From positions 372,001 to 436,000 of the forward strand of contig VJWM01000144.1 in NCBI GenBank assembly GCA_010909165.1: DNA of 64,000 nucleotides, written 5' to 3'. The notes below the pieces were generated by a model. It had not been told where the DNA came from. It did no database searches and saw only the letters and a program-made list of their open reading frames with translations. Below, one piece after another: positions 12,861 through 25,694 of this stretch (position 1 is its first letter; every line of letters begins with the position of its first letter). The DNA comes from Anthoceros angustus (Eukaryota; Plantae; Anthocerotophyta). The position numbers were made by a program, and so were the translations under genes.

Positions 12861-15120
12861 TGATCGAAAAGACAACGCCAGAGAGCGGGGTGTCTGAGCG
12901 CGAGAGAGTGCGAAAATCGCCGCGAAGTTGTTTGGAAGAATGACCTCCGCCTCGCTTCTCCGTGAGTAACTGGCCGCGCGGGCGACTCTTCGTCCAGAAT
13001 CGCTGGGCCCGCATGGCTTACTCGCCTTACACTTCCGCCTACTCGCCTACCGGCGCTGCATTTAGCTCTTACGCACGCAGACCGGAGCGTGAATACCTAG
13101 GTGCCTATAACGGCCATCGCAACCTACTGCCCTGCCGATCCTGCCTACCACTCAAGCATTCCCACGTGCCTTCTATTTAAACCACGCCCGACTCGAGTTA
13201 CTTTACTTGGCGTGATCCCATCCTACTCCCGAGTGTGGTCCTGACTTACCTGACATTGTTGCAACCGCCCGCCTCCTCCGCTCTTCTCCTCCGAGTGCAC
13301 TCGAGTCCTTCAACCTACTCCGGAGTATAGTCCGGAGTACTCCGGACCTATTCCTTCCTTTCCGCCTTATTTTCTACTCCGGACCTACAAAAAAAACAAA
13401 ACCCCACTCATTTCCTACCTCCGAGGAGAGTCTGTAGCCCACAATGTCCGCCACTTGATCTTCAGTCGGTACGTAGGTAAGACGTAGCTCGCCAATCTCT
13501 ACTTTCGTCCGAAGGAAATGATAACATAGCTCTATGTGCTTCGATCTTTCGTGAAATTTGAGGTCTTTTGATAGCGCTATGGTGGCTTGGTTGTCACAAC
13601 ATAGTTCGATCGGTCCTTCAAAAGGGTAGCTAAGATCCTTCATCAATTGTACAAGCCATAAACCTTCCTTGGCAGCTGCAAAGGCAACTATGTATTCTGA
13701 TTCTGCGGAACTAAGCGCTATTGATGTTTGTTTCTTGGCTTTCCAGCTGATAGCTTCTCCAGAAGTAGAAATACATAACTACTTGTGGACTTGCGTGAGT
13801 CAGGGTCACCTGCCCAATCTGCGTCAGTCCAACCAATGAGTTTGTCTTGGCCACCATGCCCTCCTTGATATTCTATTCTCTTCTTCTTTGTGCCTTGTAG
13901 GTATGGAAGAATTCATTTAACCGCAATCTAGTGAGTTTGGCCAACATTGGATAGGAATTGAGATGTTAGTGAGGTTGGCAGGGCTATGTCGGGCCGAGTA
14001 TTTTGAACAAGGTGTTGAAGACTACCAAGAACTCCAGAATAAGGAATAGTGTTCATTTCTTCTTGTTTAGCAGGAGTCTGAGCGCACATTGTCTTGCTTA
14101 GTCTAAGACTAGTTTGCATAGGAGTTTCAGCAGGTTTGCATTTCGACATATTAAATTTTTCCAGCACATCCAGGACATATCGCTTCTGATGTAGAGTGAT
14201 ACTACGTTGAGCTGGTTGATATTTAACCTATAAGCTATATGCCTTGGCAAAATTGCATAGTGCCATTATCTGTCATAGAAAATTGTTTTAAGAGTTAAGC
14301 CTTTGATTCTACTAAGTATTTCTTGTCATTAATGGATATCATAATGAGGTAATCTACATAGAGGTTCATCTTCAGCATTTGAGAGCCTATGTTTTTGATG
14401 AATATGCTTGCAGCAGCATTACTTTTGATATATCCTAAGCCCATGAGAATTTTGAAAAAATTCTCATACCACTCCCTCGCAGATTGTTTAAGGCCGTATC
14501 AGCTTCTGTGTAGTTTGCAAACCAGCTTTTCCTTTCTTGAAGGTATGTATCTGTCGGGCTGCTTGATGGCAATCTCCTTTCGGAGTATTCTATTCAAAAA
14601 TGCAGTTTGCACGTCTAGCTGGTGTACATATAGGTTGTGCATTGTTGCTAAGGCAAGCATAAGTCTAAGGGAGGTAAGCTTAACAACTGGATTGTATACC
14701 CTTTCACCAAAGTAATCAAATCCATCTCTTTGAGAAAAGAATTGGGCAATTAATCGTGCTTTGAGTCTATAAACTTGTCCATCAGCATTATACTTATTAC
14801 GTAGTTACTAACCCACTTACTTCCTACAGCATGGCGTCCAAATGGTAAATGTGAACAAGGCTCCATGTTTTATTATCCATGAGTGACTTATACTCGTTGT
14901 CCATAGCCTTACGCCATTCTGCTGCTTCAGGGCCAGCTAGGGCTTCCTCTATTGGAACAATATTTGGCCGTTCGGCTATGTAAGCAGCAAGGCCACGTGC
15001 ACTAGAAAACTCCAAGTCATGAAATTTTGTGCTCAAAAGTGAGGAGCGGCTATGTTTTCCTCTTGTTTCGGGTATGTATGATTAAGGTTGCAGATCAGTA
15101 GATTCAGTATCCTCACCCCC

Positions 15121-15411
15121 TGTGAATTGCAAGGAGAGAAACACAACACCCGATATTGAAGGAGGCCTTAGTCGTATAAGCGGGATTTGCAGAATTGGTT
15201 GAGGAGTTAGGGCAAAATCGTTAATATCGGACATGTCGAAATCACATAGAAATTAGGATATTTAAATACGGAATAACCTTTAATTAATATATTCCACCTT
15301 TCCTTGCCTGCCCTTCTTTGTTGTATTCTCCCCATGCCGTCTCCACCCATCTGCCTGCAGACGTCAGCCACACAAACATGTCAGCCTTTTTTATCCATAA
15401 AACTGTTAGCA
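15121..15411. mobile_element. Probable small solo LTR inserted between Copia integrase and RT
   Basis: TG...CA ends, flanks CCCCC/CCCCT, internal TATTTAAATA. Confidence 0.5.
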
Positions 15412-17515
15412 CCCCTGCAATCCATTTTGCTATAGCTTCTTCTTAGAAGCATATTGCAGGCAACAAGCTTTCCTACAAGCATATTTGGCAGAGGTGGACA
15501 TTTTTTGGCAGGAGCATCATTGATTGAAGGAGGGAGGGGGGCACGTCCTCGTCAACTAGGCTGTGCTTCCCCTATAGTAAGGTCAATGTCCACTTCAGGG
15601 ACTGTTTGGGGAAATTGAGCACCCCTTGCAGGATTGAAGAATGGAATTCTCATCAAACACAACATTTCGGCCAATCGAAATTCTGCGTGTTGCTCTATCC
15701 ATAAGCCTATAGCCTTTCACATCATCACTTTCTCCATAGCTAATAATAAAAGTGAGCTTTACAAACCTGTTGTCCAATTTCTTTCTCCCTTCATCCGGGA
15801 TATGTTAATACGCGATGCATCCAAAAATCTGAAGGTGACTTACTTGTGGTTTTTTATGTGTCCAAATTTTGTACAGAGTCTTGTCAGGAACTGTGGAAGT
15901 GCCACATTTGTTTTGAACAAAACATACATCAGCAATAGCATCCCCCCATATAAGATTTGGTAATTTAGCAGTGGCTAAGGAGCTTCTTGTAGCTTCCATT
16001 TGGGAGTGATTCCGTCTCTCGGCTTTTTCTAGTTGAGCATGTGCATAAGGCACGATCTTTTGATGTACTATGCTGTGGTTGGAGAGGAAGTCCTCAAAGG
16101 CAAGAGAGGTAAGTCCCCCAGCGTTATCAGTTCTAAAAATTTGGATATGTTTACCTGTTTGGTTCTCGACTAGGGATTTGTATGTTTGAAAAGAAGCAAA
16201 GTATTCAAACTTGTGCTTAAGAAAGTATAGGTAAGTGAAGTGACTATAGTCATCTAAGAAGACGAACATGTATAATTTTTCTGTCGATGATGTTGTTTGC
16301 ATGGGACCACAAAGGTCAGTATGTACTAATTCTAACACTCTAGTGGTTTGTCTAGTTGATCTAGGATAGGGGTGAGTGTGTTGCTTCCCTAGCAAGCAGC
16401 CCTCACACAAAGAAGGCTCATCATGGAATTGGGGAGGTAATCCTTCAACCATATTTTTGGATACATCCTTTTGATGCCTTAAGGGGATGTGTAAGTAGGC
16501 TAACCTTAAATGCATAGCCTTGTTAAAGAACAATGGTTGAGGCGAGCTGTCAAACTTACACTCGGTGTTCCAGTAGGAGTAGGAGTATCAATTCCTACAG
16601 GAAAGAGTCCCCCTTGACGAGGACAATGAATCAATTTAGCTTGACCTATAGAGGTCTTGGTAAATATTGTTCCGCCATACTTGTTAAATACAAGCTTGCT
16701 ATGAGGGTTGCTCGTAATTTCATGGACTGAAAGTAGATTTTTAGATAAGCTTTGCACATGGAATATATCCCGTATGCAGACTACAAAATCGTGGATCTGT
16801 ATTTGGACAGTGCCTTTTCACAAAGCCATACGAGGAGAGTCATCTCCCATTAGTACACGTAAGGGTACCTCTAGTTTGGTGTATTCTAAGAACCATTCCT
16901 TACGAAGTGTGATATGTTCCGTTGCTCCGGAGTTCAGGAGCTAGTGATGACGGTTTGAGGCATTATTCCTAGATCCAGTGTTGAATCGTGAAGGTCTGCG
17001 TCCCCCTGTATAAAGAGCCGAGGGAGATGAGCGTGTGCTATCTTTGCCACGCTTCCATGTGCCAGGCAGCTTATGATATCCGTAAAAGGCAAGAAGATCG
17101 AATGGGTGCACCCAGGATGCTGCTAGTTTACTGCACAGAGTATGCGAATACGCCTGTCATTTGACAGCGGGTAAGATTCGATCTCCAATGTGTAGGATCA
17201 ATTCTGCATGGGCAGAAGCATCCTTTACCAATTGGTAGCTTCAACGACATCGCCCACCACTAGTTTAGGCTCAGTGCCATCCACAACCGACCATATTGTT
17301 AAATTTCTTGAGAGGGATCCCACCTTGATAGACCAGGTTGCATAGTTAAGATGCATCAATTTGTCTATGTGGTAGCTCCTTGTCTAAATCGGAGCGGCGT
17401 TAGAAGAAGATGCCGCCATCTTAGTATGTTATCAAAGTTTGGGTTGTTGTTCTTGTTTTCAACGCCAATAAGCCTACTATGGCTTTGAAGACAATTGGCT
17501 TGTCATCTCACGAGT

Positions 17516-17527
17516 GCTATGATACCA
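17516..17527 (-). promoter_or_regulatory. Primer-binding site (initiator tRNA-Met type)
   Basis: Minus strand TGGTATCATAGC, one mismatch to canonical TGGTATCAGAGC, abutting the 5' LTR. Confidence 0.85.
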
Positions 17528-17727
17528 CGTGATAATAGGTACAGAGCCTAAGAATCTACAAAGTCTATGTATTTCACTCTCATATCTGTACAATGTCAAG
17601 TGCTCCTTTAAGCATCAGGCTAGGACAGTTTGTCCAAAAGATGCGACAGTTCACATAGGACATGACTTTATATTTCTACATGCCTCGATGGTCTGCAGCT
17701 TATGCAAACATGTTCACACTGTTCACA
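17528..17727 (-). repeat. Copia 5' LTR
   Basis: Homologous to 8418-8728 but with only one copy of the 52-bp unit. Confidence 0.88.
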
Positions 17728-19155
17728 CGCATTGCCTTCATGCGTCCACACCGCATGCGCGAGTTTTGTATGCTTTCTTTAAGGGTCGCCGCCTATGTTC
17801 GCCTTGATCATCTTGTCAAAATTCAAAGATACAATTTGAGTTCTCAAAACATTTGTTCTTATTCAATCCTAAATGCTTTGTAGCCAAAATTATGTTGACG
17901 CTTCACAACTTGCCTTTGTCAAGCAAGCAACCCGCTCTTCCCAAGCATTTGATTGCATATTTCAAACCAAGCGAGTAAAAACTTGGCACCTTTCACACAT
18001 CGGATCATGATATAGAGGCTTAATTGCTCGGAAAGATGTTGTTCAGCACAGAGAAAACACATTCTTAACAACTATAACCTTTGCAGAATCATGTTGCAGC
18101 ATCCAGTGAGCTCGGGAAAGAGGAAAAAACTTGAACATGCTGTGCGTCTCTTTACGCTGCAATTTCACTGTAGTTTGGAACTATGAATATTAGAATATAA
18201 GTAATTTCAAACACATAATGGACAAACGGTTAAATAATTTTATCATTATTTTAGGTTGAACACATCAAACCCTGAGAATAAAACAATTTCAACACTCATA
18301 AAAATCTAAATTGATGATGCGTAATTCAAAGCACGAACCACTCATTCCATGAGTTTTTCATTTTTCGTATCACCATCACCAAACACGATAATACTTGAAG
18401 CGGCTGAATATACGAACCCGCTTCCGGAAATCAAAAACCCTCTTGCGCAAATCTTGACAGTAACTATATTGCATGTTTAAGCATGTTTTGATTATTTGGG
18501 GTGGGTGGTATTAAATAATAAGTTTATTATAATGAGTCCAGCCCTAACTTAATAATTATAAATAGGTTCAGAGGTGAAGTTGAAACGTTATTCTTAAATG
18601 TCATTAAGTTTAGGTCTTGTAGTTTCATTTTAGGGTTTCGATTCGGTTACGACTCTTCACACACTTTCTTGTACCTTTTCCAACCTCTCTATAATTCATT
18701 CTCTCATGTGCTAAGAACTGTGTAATCTTCCAGGCTGTGATCATGTTACCATAACTTTTTATGATATCAGAGCCATAATCATATCCTATGCTAGGTTGCA
18801 TATGGTGAGATCTACAATTGGGCCAAGGATGTACAACCAGACTCATTTGACGCTCACCATCTGATGGCACACAAGCGTGAGATAAATTGATCCTATAAAA
18901 TTTCATGGCTAATTTTCTACTCTAACTTAGCAGGCCTACAAATTATGAAGAGGCGCTCCTTCTCCAGTCACTTGAGATCTCTCCAGTGACTACATACAAG
19001 GAAATCAGCCAGAATTCAGTAATGTTGCTTGAAATTAACACTTTTTTCTTCAAGCATCACTCAGCACCTATGCTAATTACCTAACCTGGCAGCGGAAATA
19101 ACAAAGAATCACAAATCACAACCCTGTAGATGCAGCTTACCTCAAACATCTACTT

Positions 19156-19614
19156 GTGTTACCACATTGTCATAACACACCTTGTCATTCTCCCCAAGTC
19201 ATATTAAATCAGGATAATAGCAATAGAGGTAAGCGAGGCACTATAAAATATAGTAAATTTGTCCAGAATCTCCTCACACCTGTACCATATAAAATCCAGG
19301 TGTTAGAAGAGGAAATTTCTGAATTGAAGCGCAAAGCAAAAGTTGATAATACTCTGCTACGTAAGGAACTAGGTCAACTAGAATCTAAATTAAACCGGCT
19401 AGAAACCAAAACACGCCTTTTGGAACCCATATCCAAGCCAGTTTACTCTAGTTGTGACCCTGTAGTCTCTTTCATACTTAGTAGCAGCCCATATCAACCT
19501 AAACCTGAACCAGCAGCCTTAACCTCTAGAAAAATGTCACAACTTCCAGAGCCAACTGAAATGGTACTTAGCAGCGTCGCTGACTTTTTCAAGTCAGACA
19601 TAACAATCTTGTAG
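19156..19614 (+). CDS. Hypothetical coiled-coil ORF upstream of the Copia gag; start uncertain
   Basis: Open 152 codons with heptad-like IQVLEEEISELKRK...LGQLESKLNRLE; followed by a poly-A run, then gag. Confidence 0.35.
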   Translation: MLPHCHNTPCHSPQVILNQDNSNRGKRGTIKYSKFVQNLLTPVPYKIQVLEEEISELKRKAKVDNTLLRKELGQLESKLNRLETKTRLLEPISKPVYSSCDPVVSFILSSSPYQPKPEPAALTSRKMSQLPEPTEMVLSSVADFFKSDITIL

Positions 19615-19691
19615 GACACCTACAAAAAAAAAAAAAAACTAACCTTAGAACCTGCTCCAAGGTAGGGTTAGTCTTTTTAAAGCAACACAAA

Positions 19692-22600
19692 ATGGGCTCT
19701 AACCAACCCACAATAACACAAATACATACAACTAAAATTAAAATCAAGGATAGGGATAGGTTTAACGGTACACATTTTGCAATATGGCGAATGCAAATGG
19801 AAGTCATATTTGAAGAACATGACCTGATTGATGTTGTTAATGGGGCTCTTGCTCAGCCTGAAAATCCTACTCCACCACCTGCAGCAGGATCTCCAGCATC
19901 CCTTGCTATTACCACATGGCACAAGAAGGATAAACGAGCTCGCAGTATCCTCCTATCAGCACTTGATAGGAATATGATGCATCATACTCAAGGCCAGCAG
20001 ACTGCTGCAGCTGTCTGGAAAGTATTCAATGATATGTTTGCTGCCAAGGACCCGATGTCCCTAGTTAACTCTACACGTCTCTTTTATACTCTCCGTATGA
20101 AGGAGTCAGATACTGTGGAACAATATGTAAATAAGTTCCACACCCTCCGATCATGCTCACCGCAATATCAACCCCAAAACCCAATGCTCACCGCAATTTC
20201 AACCTCAACACCTCATGCTCAATGCAACAGGGGGAACCTAGACGCCCTGCAGCAGAAACAAATGTTGTTGTTAGACCAAATAACAGCAATTCAAAAACAC
20301 CAGCCATTTTAGCTGTCTGCATGTAGACACATGTGGTTTCTGGATTCCGAGGCTACTAACCATATTTGTCAGTCCCGCGATATGTTACCTACATCACAAT
20401 AACTACCAGTCAGTTCGTCTTCTTAGGGGATGATAGTGGACTTGCTATCCATGGGTCTGGAGATGTTAGATTGCAACTCAATCATGGTCATGAGATCACT
20501 TTAAAAGGTGTTCTACATGTCCCAAAGATGACCAAAAATTTACTTTCAATTCACAAGCTAACTTCAGATCACAGTTTGCAAATTACCTTCACACCTAAGT
20601 CATGTTTTGTGACTCCTGCTCATGACAGTAAGCTAGTCTTAGCTTCAGGAGTCCCCTACCATGACTCAGATCAAATCACAGCTGACCACCAACACTCATG
20701 GTGAGAAACAAGCCTTAGTTTCAGATGCTAAACCTGGAGTTAGCACAACTTTCCTTTGGCACAGCAGACTATGCCATCCTAGCCATGGATACCTACAGCA
20801 AGTTCTAAGACATCCAAACCTATATAAGGATGGACTTACTTTTAAATCTGGTGACAACTTCCTTTGTGAGAGCTGCCAGTTCGGGAAGCTCTCTCAAAAA
20901 CCCTATAATGATCCAATCTTCTACTAGGGCTACACAATTGTTGGAAGTAGTCCATTCAGATATATGTGGACCAATGTCCACTCACTCTTTTGGCGGAGCA
21001 ATCTATTTTCTCTCCTTCCTAGATGAATGGAGTCACTATTGCCAGCTATATTTCCTACATAGCCGCCAGCAGACTTTTTCCAAGTTTACTGAATATGCAG
21101 CTATGGCAGAAGCACAAACAAGACATGTTATTAAACGGCTGCGTAGTGACAACGCCAAGGAATATCTGAGTGCAGAATTCACCAATTTCTGCAAACAAAA
21201 GGGGATCATACATCAGCTCACTGTCCCCTATCATCCACCACAAAATCCCTACGCTGAAAGATACAACAGGACAATTCAGGAAAGGACAAGGTCAACTCTT
21301 ACTACTGGACTTACAAGGATATTAACAAAGGATTCACCAATTATGTGGCCAACAGATTGCCTCTAAAACCACTCTATGACACCACTCCCTATCAAAGGTG
21401 GACTGGCAACAAGCCTCGGATCAGCCATCTTAGGACGTTTGGCGCCTCAGCCTATGCTTTTGTACCTGAGGATAAAAGATGCAAAATGGACAACAAGGCC
21501 ACCAAGCATATCTTTGTAGGATACTCAGATATTGTTAAGGGATACAAACTATATAACCCCTTAACAAAAGAATTGACCATTTGCCAGAAATGTAAGTTTC
21601 AATGAGACTTACATTTTGAAGTCTCATCTCCATGCCGTATCCAGCCACGATATGCTGCCACCAACGTCTGTCCATGGGCATACACCTCAGTCAGTTTCAA
21701 ATCAAGATTATGATACAAATGCTGAGGATTATTATGAATCACTCTATGAACCTGATGAGGCTACAAACAATTTACCTATTCCAGCAATTGCTCTTCCTCC
21801 AGATCTGAATCCAATTATTGCTGACTAGGACATACGGGAGATCCAGCCACCAGATCTCCAATTTCCAGACTTGAATTATGAACAGGAGCCTGATCCTGCA
21901 CAGGAAGAAATTTTAGATCAGCCTAATCAACCAAACCCAGAGATGAATTTTCAAGTTGATAATAAGGACCCTGCACATGATCCCTTACCTCTTCGCCGTT
22001 CAGCCAGGCCGCATAGACCTAGATCAGAATGGCTTGAGCCTCCTTATGTACCAGGCGATAGTTTTGTTTCTTGCCCAAGCTATAGTGCAGTAGTCGCTTC
22101 AAACAATGTGCGTGCCTCCCTAACACAAATGGCACACCACATGGCATTAGCAGCTATGGAGCCACCAGATACTCCTATGACTTATAAAGAAGCACTCTCA
22201 TCACCGCAAAAGGCAGTATGGAAAAAGGCTATAGACAGTGAATACCAGTCCTTGATAGAAAACAAGATGTGGAAACTAGTAAAATTACCTGCAGGACGTA
22301 AGGCTATTTCATCTAAATGGGTCTTTAAATTAAAGCTCAACCCTGATGGGTCAGTAGCTCGTTATAAAGCCCATTTAGTAGCCCGTGGATACAGACAAGT
22401 TCAGGGACTTGACTATGATGAAACATTCAGTCCAGTAGTTAAACCAACATCCATGCGCATCCTGCTTTGTTATGCCATCCAGACCCATCTATTAGTCTAC
22501 CAAATGGACGTTAAGACAGCTTTCTTGAATGGACCACTGGACACAGTTATTAGCAGCCAGAAGGGTACATTCTGGATCCTTCTCTAGTCTGCGAACTGCT

Positions 22601-23430
22601 CCAATCCTTGTACGGGCTTAAGCAATCAACCCGCATTTTTGCCACTAACTGCTGATTGTAGTGTATTCATCCTGCGAACAGTACAAGAGTTGTGTATTAT
22701 TGCGTTATATGTAGATAATAATTTCATCTTTGCCAGCAGCCAGGAAGTCATGACCAGGATTAAGAAGAACTTATCTGATGAGTGGAACATGACGGATGTC
22801 GGTCCTCTTCGATTTGCCCTTGGGATATAGTTCCACTTTAATCCAATAGACTCCTCAGTAACCCTGCACCAGGAAAATTTTATCAGGCAGATACTAACCA
22901 AGTTCAAGTTAGAAGATATAACCAGTACACCTGCTGTGAGTGAAATTATCTTTACAGGATTGTCCAACCACTGCTGAAGAGAAACAGGAAATGTTGGGCA
23001 TACCTTATCGTGAGGTGGTCGGCAGCCTCCTCTACTTGGCAGGATGGACGCGACCTATATCACAAGCAACAGGGATTGTATCAAGATATCTATCTAATCC
23101 GGGCAAACGTCATTGGGTAGCTGTTAAAAGAATCTTACGCTATCTCAAAGGGACCAGATACTTATGTCTAAAATACACCAAGGCCACAGATTTTATCCTA
23201 ACCTGCTACTCAGATGCAGATTGGGCAAGCGATGTTGATGGTCGAAAATCAATTGCAGCTTACTGCACTTTGCTCTGTGGATCAGCAGTAAATTGGCAGA
23301 GTAAGAAGCTTTCTACCATCAGCCTCTCCTCCACGGAAGCAGAATATAGCGCCCTATCACTCGCAGCAAGAGAAATCAGCTGGTTAAGACAGTTTCTTAG
23401 CGAGATCCATGTCCAGCAAAGTGTCGCTTG
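19692..23430 (+). mobile_element. Ty1/Copia internal region, degenerate, 3'-truncated, no LTRs found
   Basis: gag RFNGTHFAIWRMQM; protease WFLDSEATNH; pre-integrase LWHSRLCH; integrase LEVVHSDICGP; RT KWVFKLK, QMDVKTAFLNG, LYVDN; RNase H YSDADWA, SSTEAEY. Confidence 0.93.
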
Positions 23431-24033
23431 CTCACGCAAGAGAATGAGAAAGAACACACCACCTTTGACACTTCCAGTGACGACGCAGCCTTGGTCGCTT
23501 ACAAAGATGGTGTCCAACACACAAAATATGTGCTCAATTGCTATGACCTCCGTAGAAAGATAGTCACGGCCTGCAGTGAGCTCGAGAATAGGGAAGAAAC
23601 TTGGCCGACGTGTCATGTCTCTCTTCACCATTCTGATTCCAGTACAATTTGTGATCATGAATATTAGGGCATGGGTAATTTCAAATAGCGTGCTTAGAAA
23701 ACTATTGAAATTTGAAAATAATTTCCATGATTTTGAGTCCCAAATTACGAATTATTAGAATAAGGGGATTTGAAACCGAACCAATTATCTATCACTTTTA
23801 CAACACAAATTATGCTGGCCAAAATATACAACACAAACTATGCTGGCCAAAATAAAAAAGCATGACTCGAACTAGTAACCTCGGATTTTAATCTCTCTCA
23901 TTTCAATCCATATTATCTATTCCCTAAACATTAGGAAAAATTTACCTTTAAAGGGCGCCGGCGCCAAAGATCTCTTATTTATAAACCTCAAGTCTTGCCA
24001 CTTCATTAACTTTCCCACGCAAAAATGTATGGA

Positions 24034-24659
24034 AAGACAAAGTATATGTTGAATGAGGACGCCGGCATGCCGGCGCCCTTATGCCCTCATCCTTCTTCTT
24101 GTTCTTCTTCATGCCCTTATGCTCCTCCATGCTCCTTGTTTTTTATAGCCAGTCCGGAGAAGCCATCACTTGCTCAGTGATTTCTTAGCCACTAGCTTAG
24201 GTGTCCATTCGTGAAGTTTATCATGGTTCATATAGTTTCTTAGCCACTAGCTTAGGTGTCTGTTCGGAGAAGCCATCACGGTTCAGGTGGTTTCTTAGCC
24301 ACTAGCTTAGGTGTCTGTCCGATGTTGAGAGTCCCAGAGAAGTCGTCATTACGGTACTCGTGAGGAGGCATGCGTCCGACGCCCGCCCAGCTGCCAAGAC
24401 TATGAATCTTGGGCACCGGCATGCCGGCCCAAGGCACGTAGCTATTGGCATGACTTGGGCACCGGTGATGCCGGCGCCAAGGCACGTAGCCATTGGGCAT
24501 GACTTGGGCACTGATGCCGCGCCAAGGCACGTAGCCATTGGGCATGACTTGGGCACCGATGCCGGCGCCAAAACGCACTATTAAGATTGGGCATGACTTG
24601 GGCACCGGCATGCCGGCGCCCAAGTATGTTACTTATGGTATGTTTAGGGTCTTCATACC
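24034..24659. repeat. Dispersed ~630-bp repeat, copy 1, with internal ~42-bp and ~60-bp tandem units
   Basis: Units TGGGCATGACTTGGGCACCGGTGATGCCG..CCAAGGCACGTAGCCAT; homologous to 27262-27883. Confidence 0.88.
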
Positions 24660-25304
24660 CTTGGTTGTTGTGCACAATGATGTCGACCATATCTGGATTG
24701 GATGTATAGGACGAATATAGAAGTAGTCGTATGGATTCCCTTTGATGTTGCTGCAAAGATGGTCGTCCATGTTCATTTACTGTTGTTTAACGAATCGCAT
24801 GGACTAACAACATGGGCATCATTTCCATCGAAAACAATGGTCGTCCTATAGGACGAACCCTTCGTCTACCACTGTGGGCTGCTAAAAGATATAAACTTCT
24901 CTACGATACCCTAATTGTGTGCTTTCTTCTGCAGGGTATGCTCAAATATGGCATTTCAATGCCCATCAAAAAGCCCGTTCCGCATATATTCACGTCAAAA
25001 GCCGCTTGATGTATATTCAGCCGCTTCAAATATTATCGTGTGATGAGAATACAGTGTCATGTTGTCAGACGGTAGACTCTGAACATCCCCTATTAGGCTG
25101 ATAATTCTTCTGAGTTTGAGCCCGGTTCGATGCAAGCAACGTCTTAGAAGCATTTTGATTACAATCTGCGAGCCAAGATTGTGCTGAGCTAAGATTGAGA
25201 TTGCAAGTTATCCTCTGCAGGACATGATATAATGTAATCGCCAGCAAAATAATTTTGACTTCCCTACCGCCACCTGGAGTTTTGTAAGCACACAAGCTTC
25301 ATTA

Positions 25305-25590
25305 ATGAGGAAAACACCCAGCTATACCTTATCCGAGCTTATTGGGGCTTTACTTGAAGAAGAATCCAGCAGGGTGAGTTTGGGACGATCCTCCCATCAC
25401 CCACAACAACATGTCTTATTTACCTCCCGAGGTAGAGGCAGAGGCCATGGAGGATACAAACCTTATCCTAATCCACGACGTCCTTATTCAGGACCAGGCA
25501 GTACATCAACTGCACCACATAGGGTTAAGGGCCCTTGCAACTGGTATCGTATTCCGGGTCATTTTAACATGAGTGCCGGAAGAAACTTGG
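25305..25590 (+). pseudogene. Copia gag C-terminal fragment
   Basis: TLSELIGALLEEE, RGRGRG, degenerate knuckle CNWY.IPGH...EC. Confidence 0.65.
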
Positions 25591-25694
25591 TAGGTCGCGA
25601 TGAGGACATGATTTGGGGTTTTTGGTGCGGCGGCTATGGTGGGTGGTATGGAAGAGGTCGTGGTTATTTTTATTTTTGTTGATTTTTTGAGGTT

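Larger units (their letters stand above)
8839..13443 (-). mobile_element. 4.6-kb TG...CA insertion, probably a giant solo LTR, inside the Copia RNase H
   Basis: Ends TGTGG...CCACA; exact TSD ATGTC at 8834-8838 and 13444-13448; removing it restores the Copia ...EDQVADILTKTL; first ~90 bp match the LTR ends at 39487 and 43839. Strand inferred from the internal ORF and TATA-like motifs. Confidence 0.88.
8418..17727 (-). mobile_element. Full-length degenerate Ty1/Copia retrotransposon with nested insertions
   Basis: Minus-strand order: 5' LTR 17528-17727; PBS; gag (NYATWSIK); protease LLNSGATEHI (~16920); integrase LELVHTDLCGP; RT (~14900-13930); RNase H (TDADWAG, KHIELCYHF, EDQVADI|LTK); PPT 8729-8744; 3' LTR 8418-8728. 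TSD CGCAC (5263, flank of the duplicated LTR) / CGCAT (17728). Confidence 0.93.
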
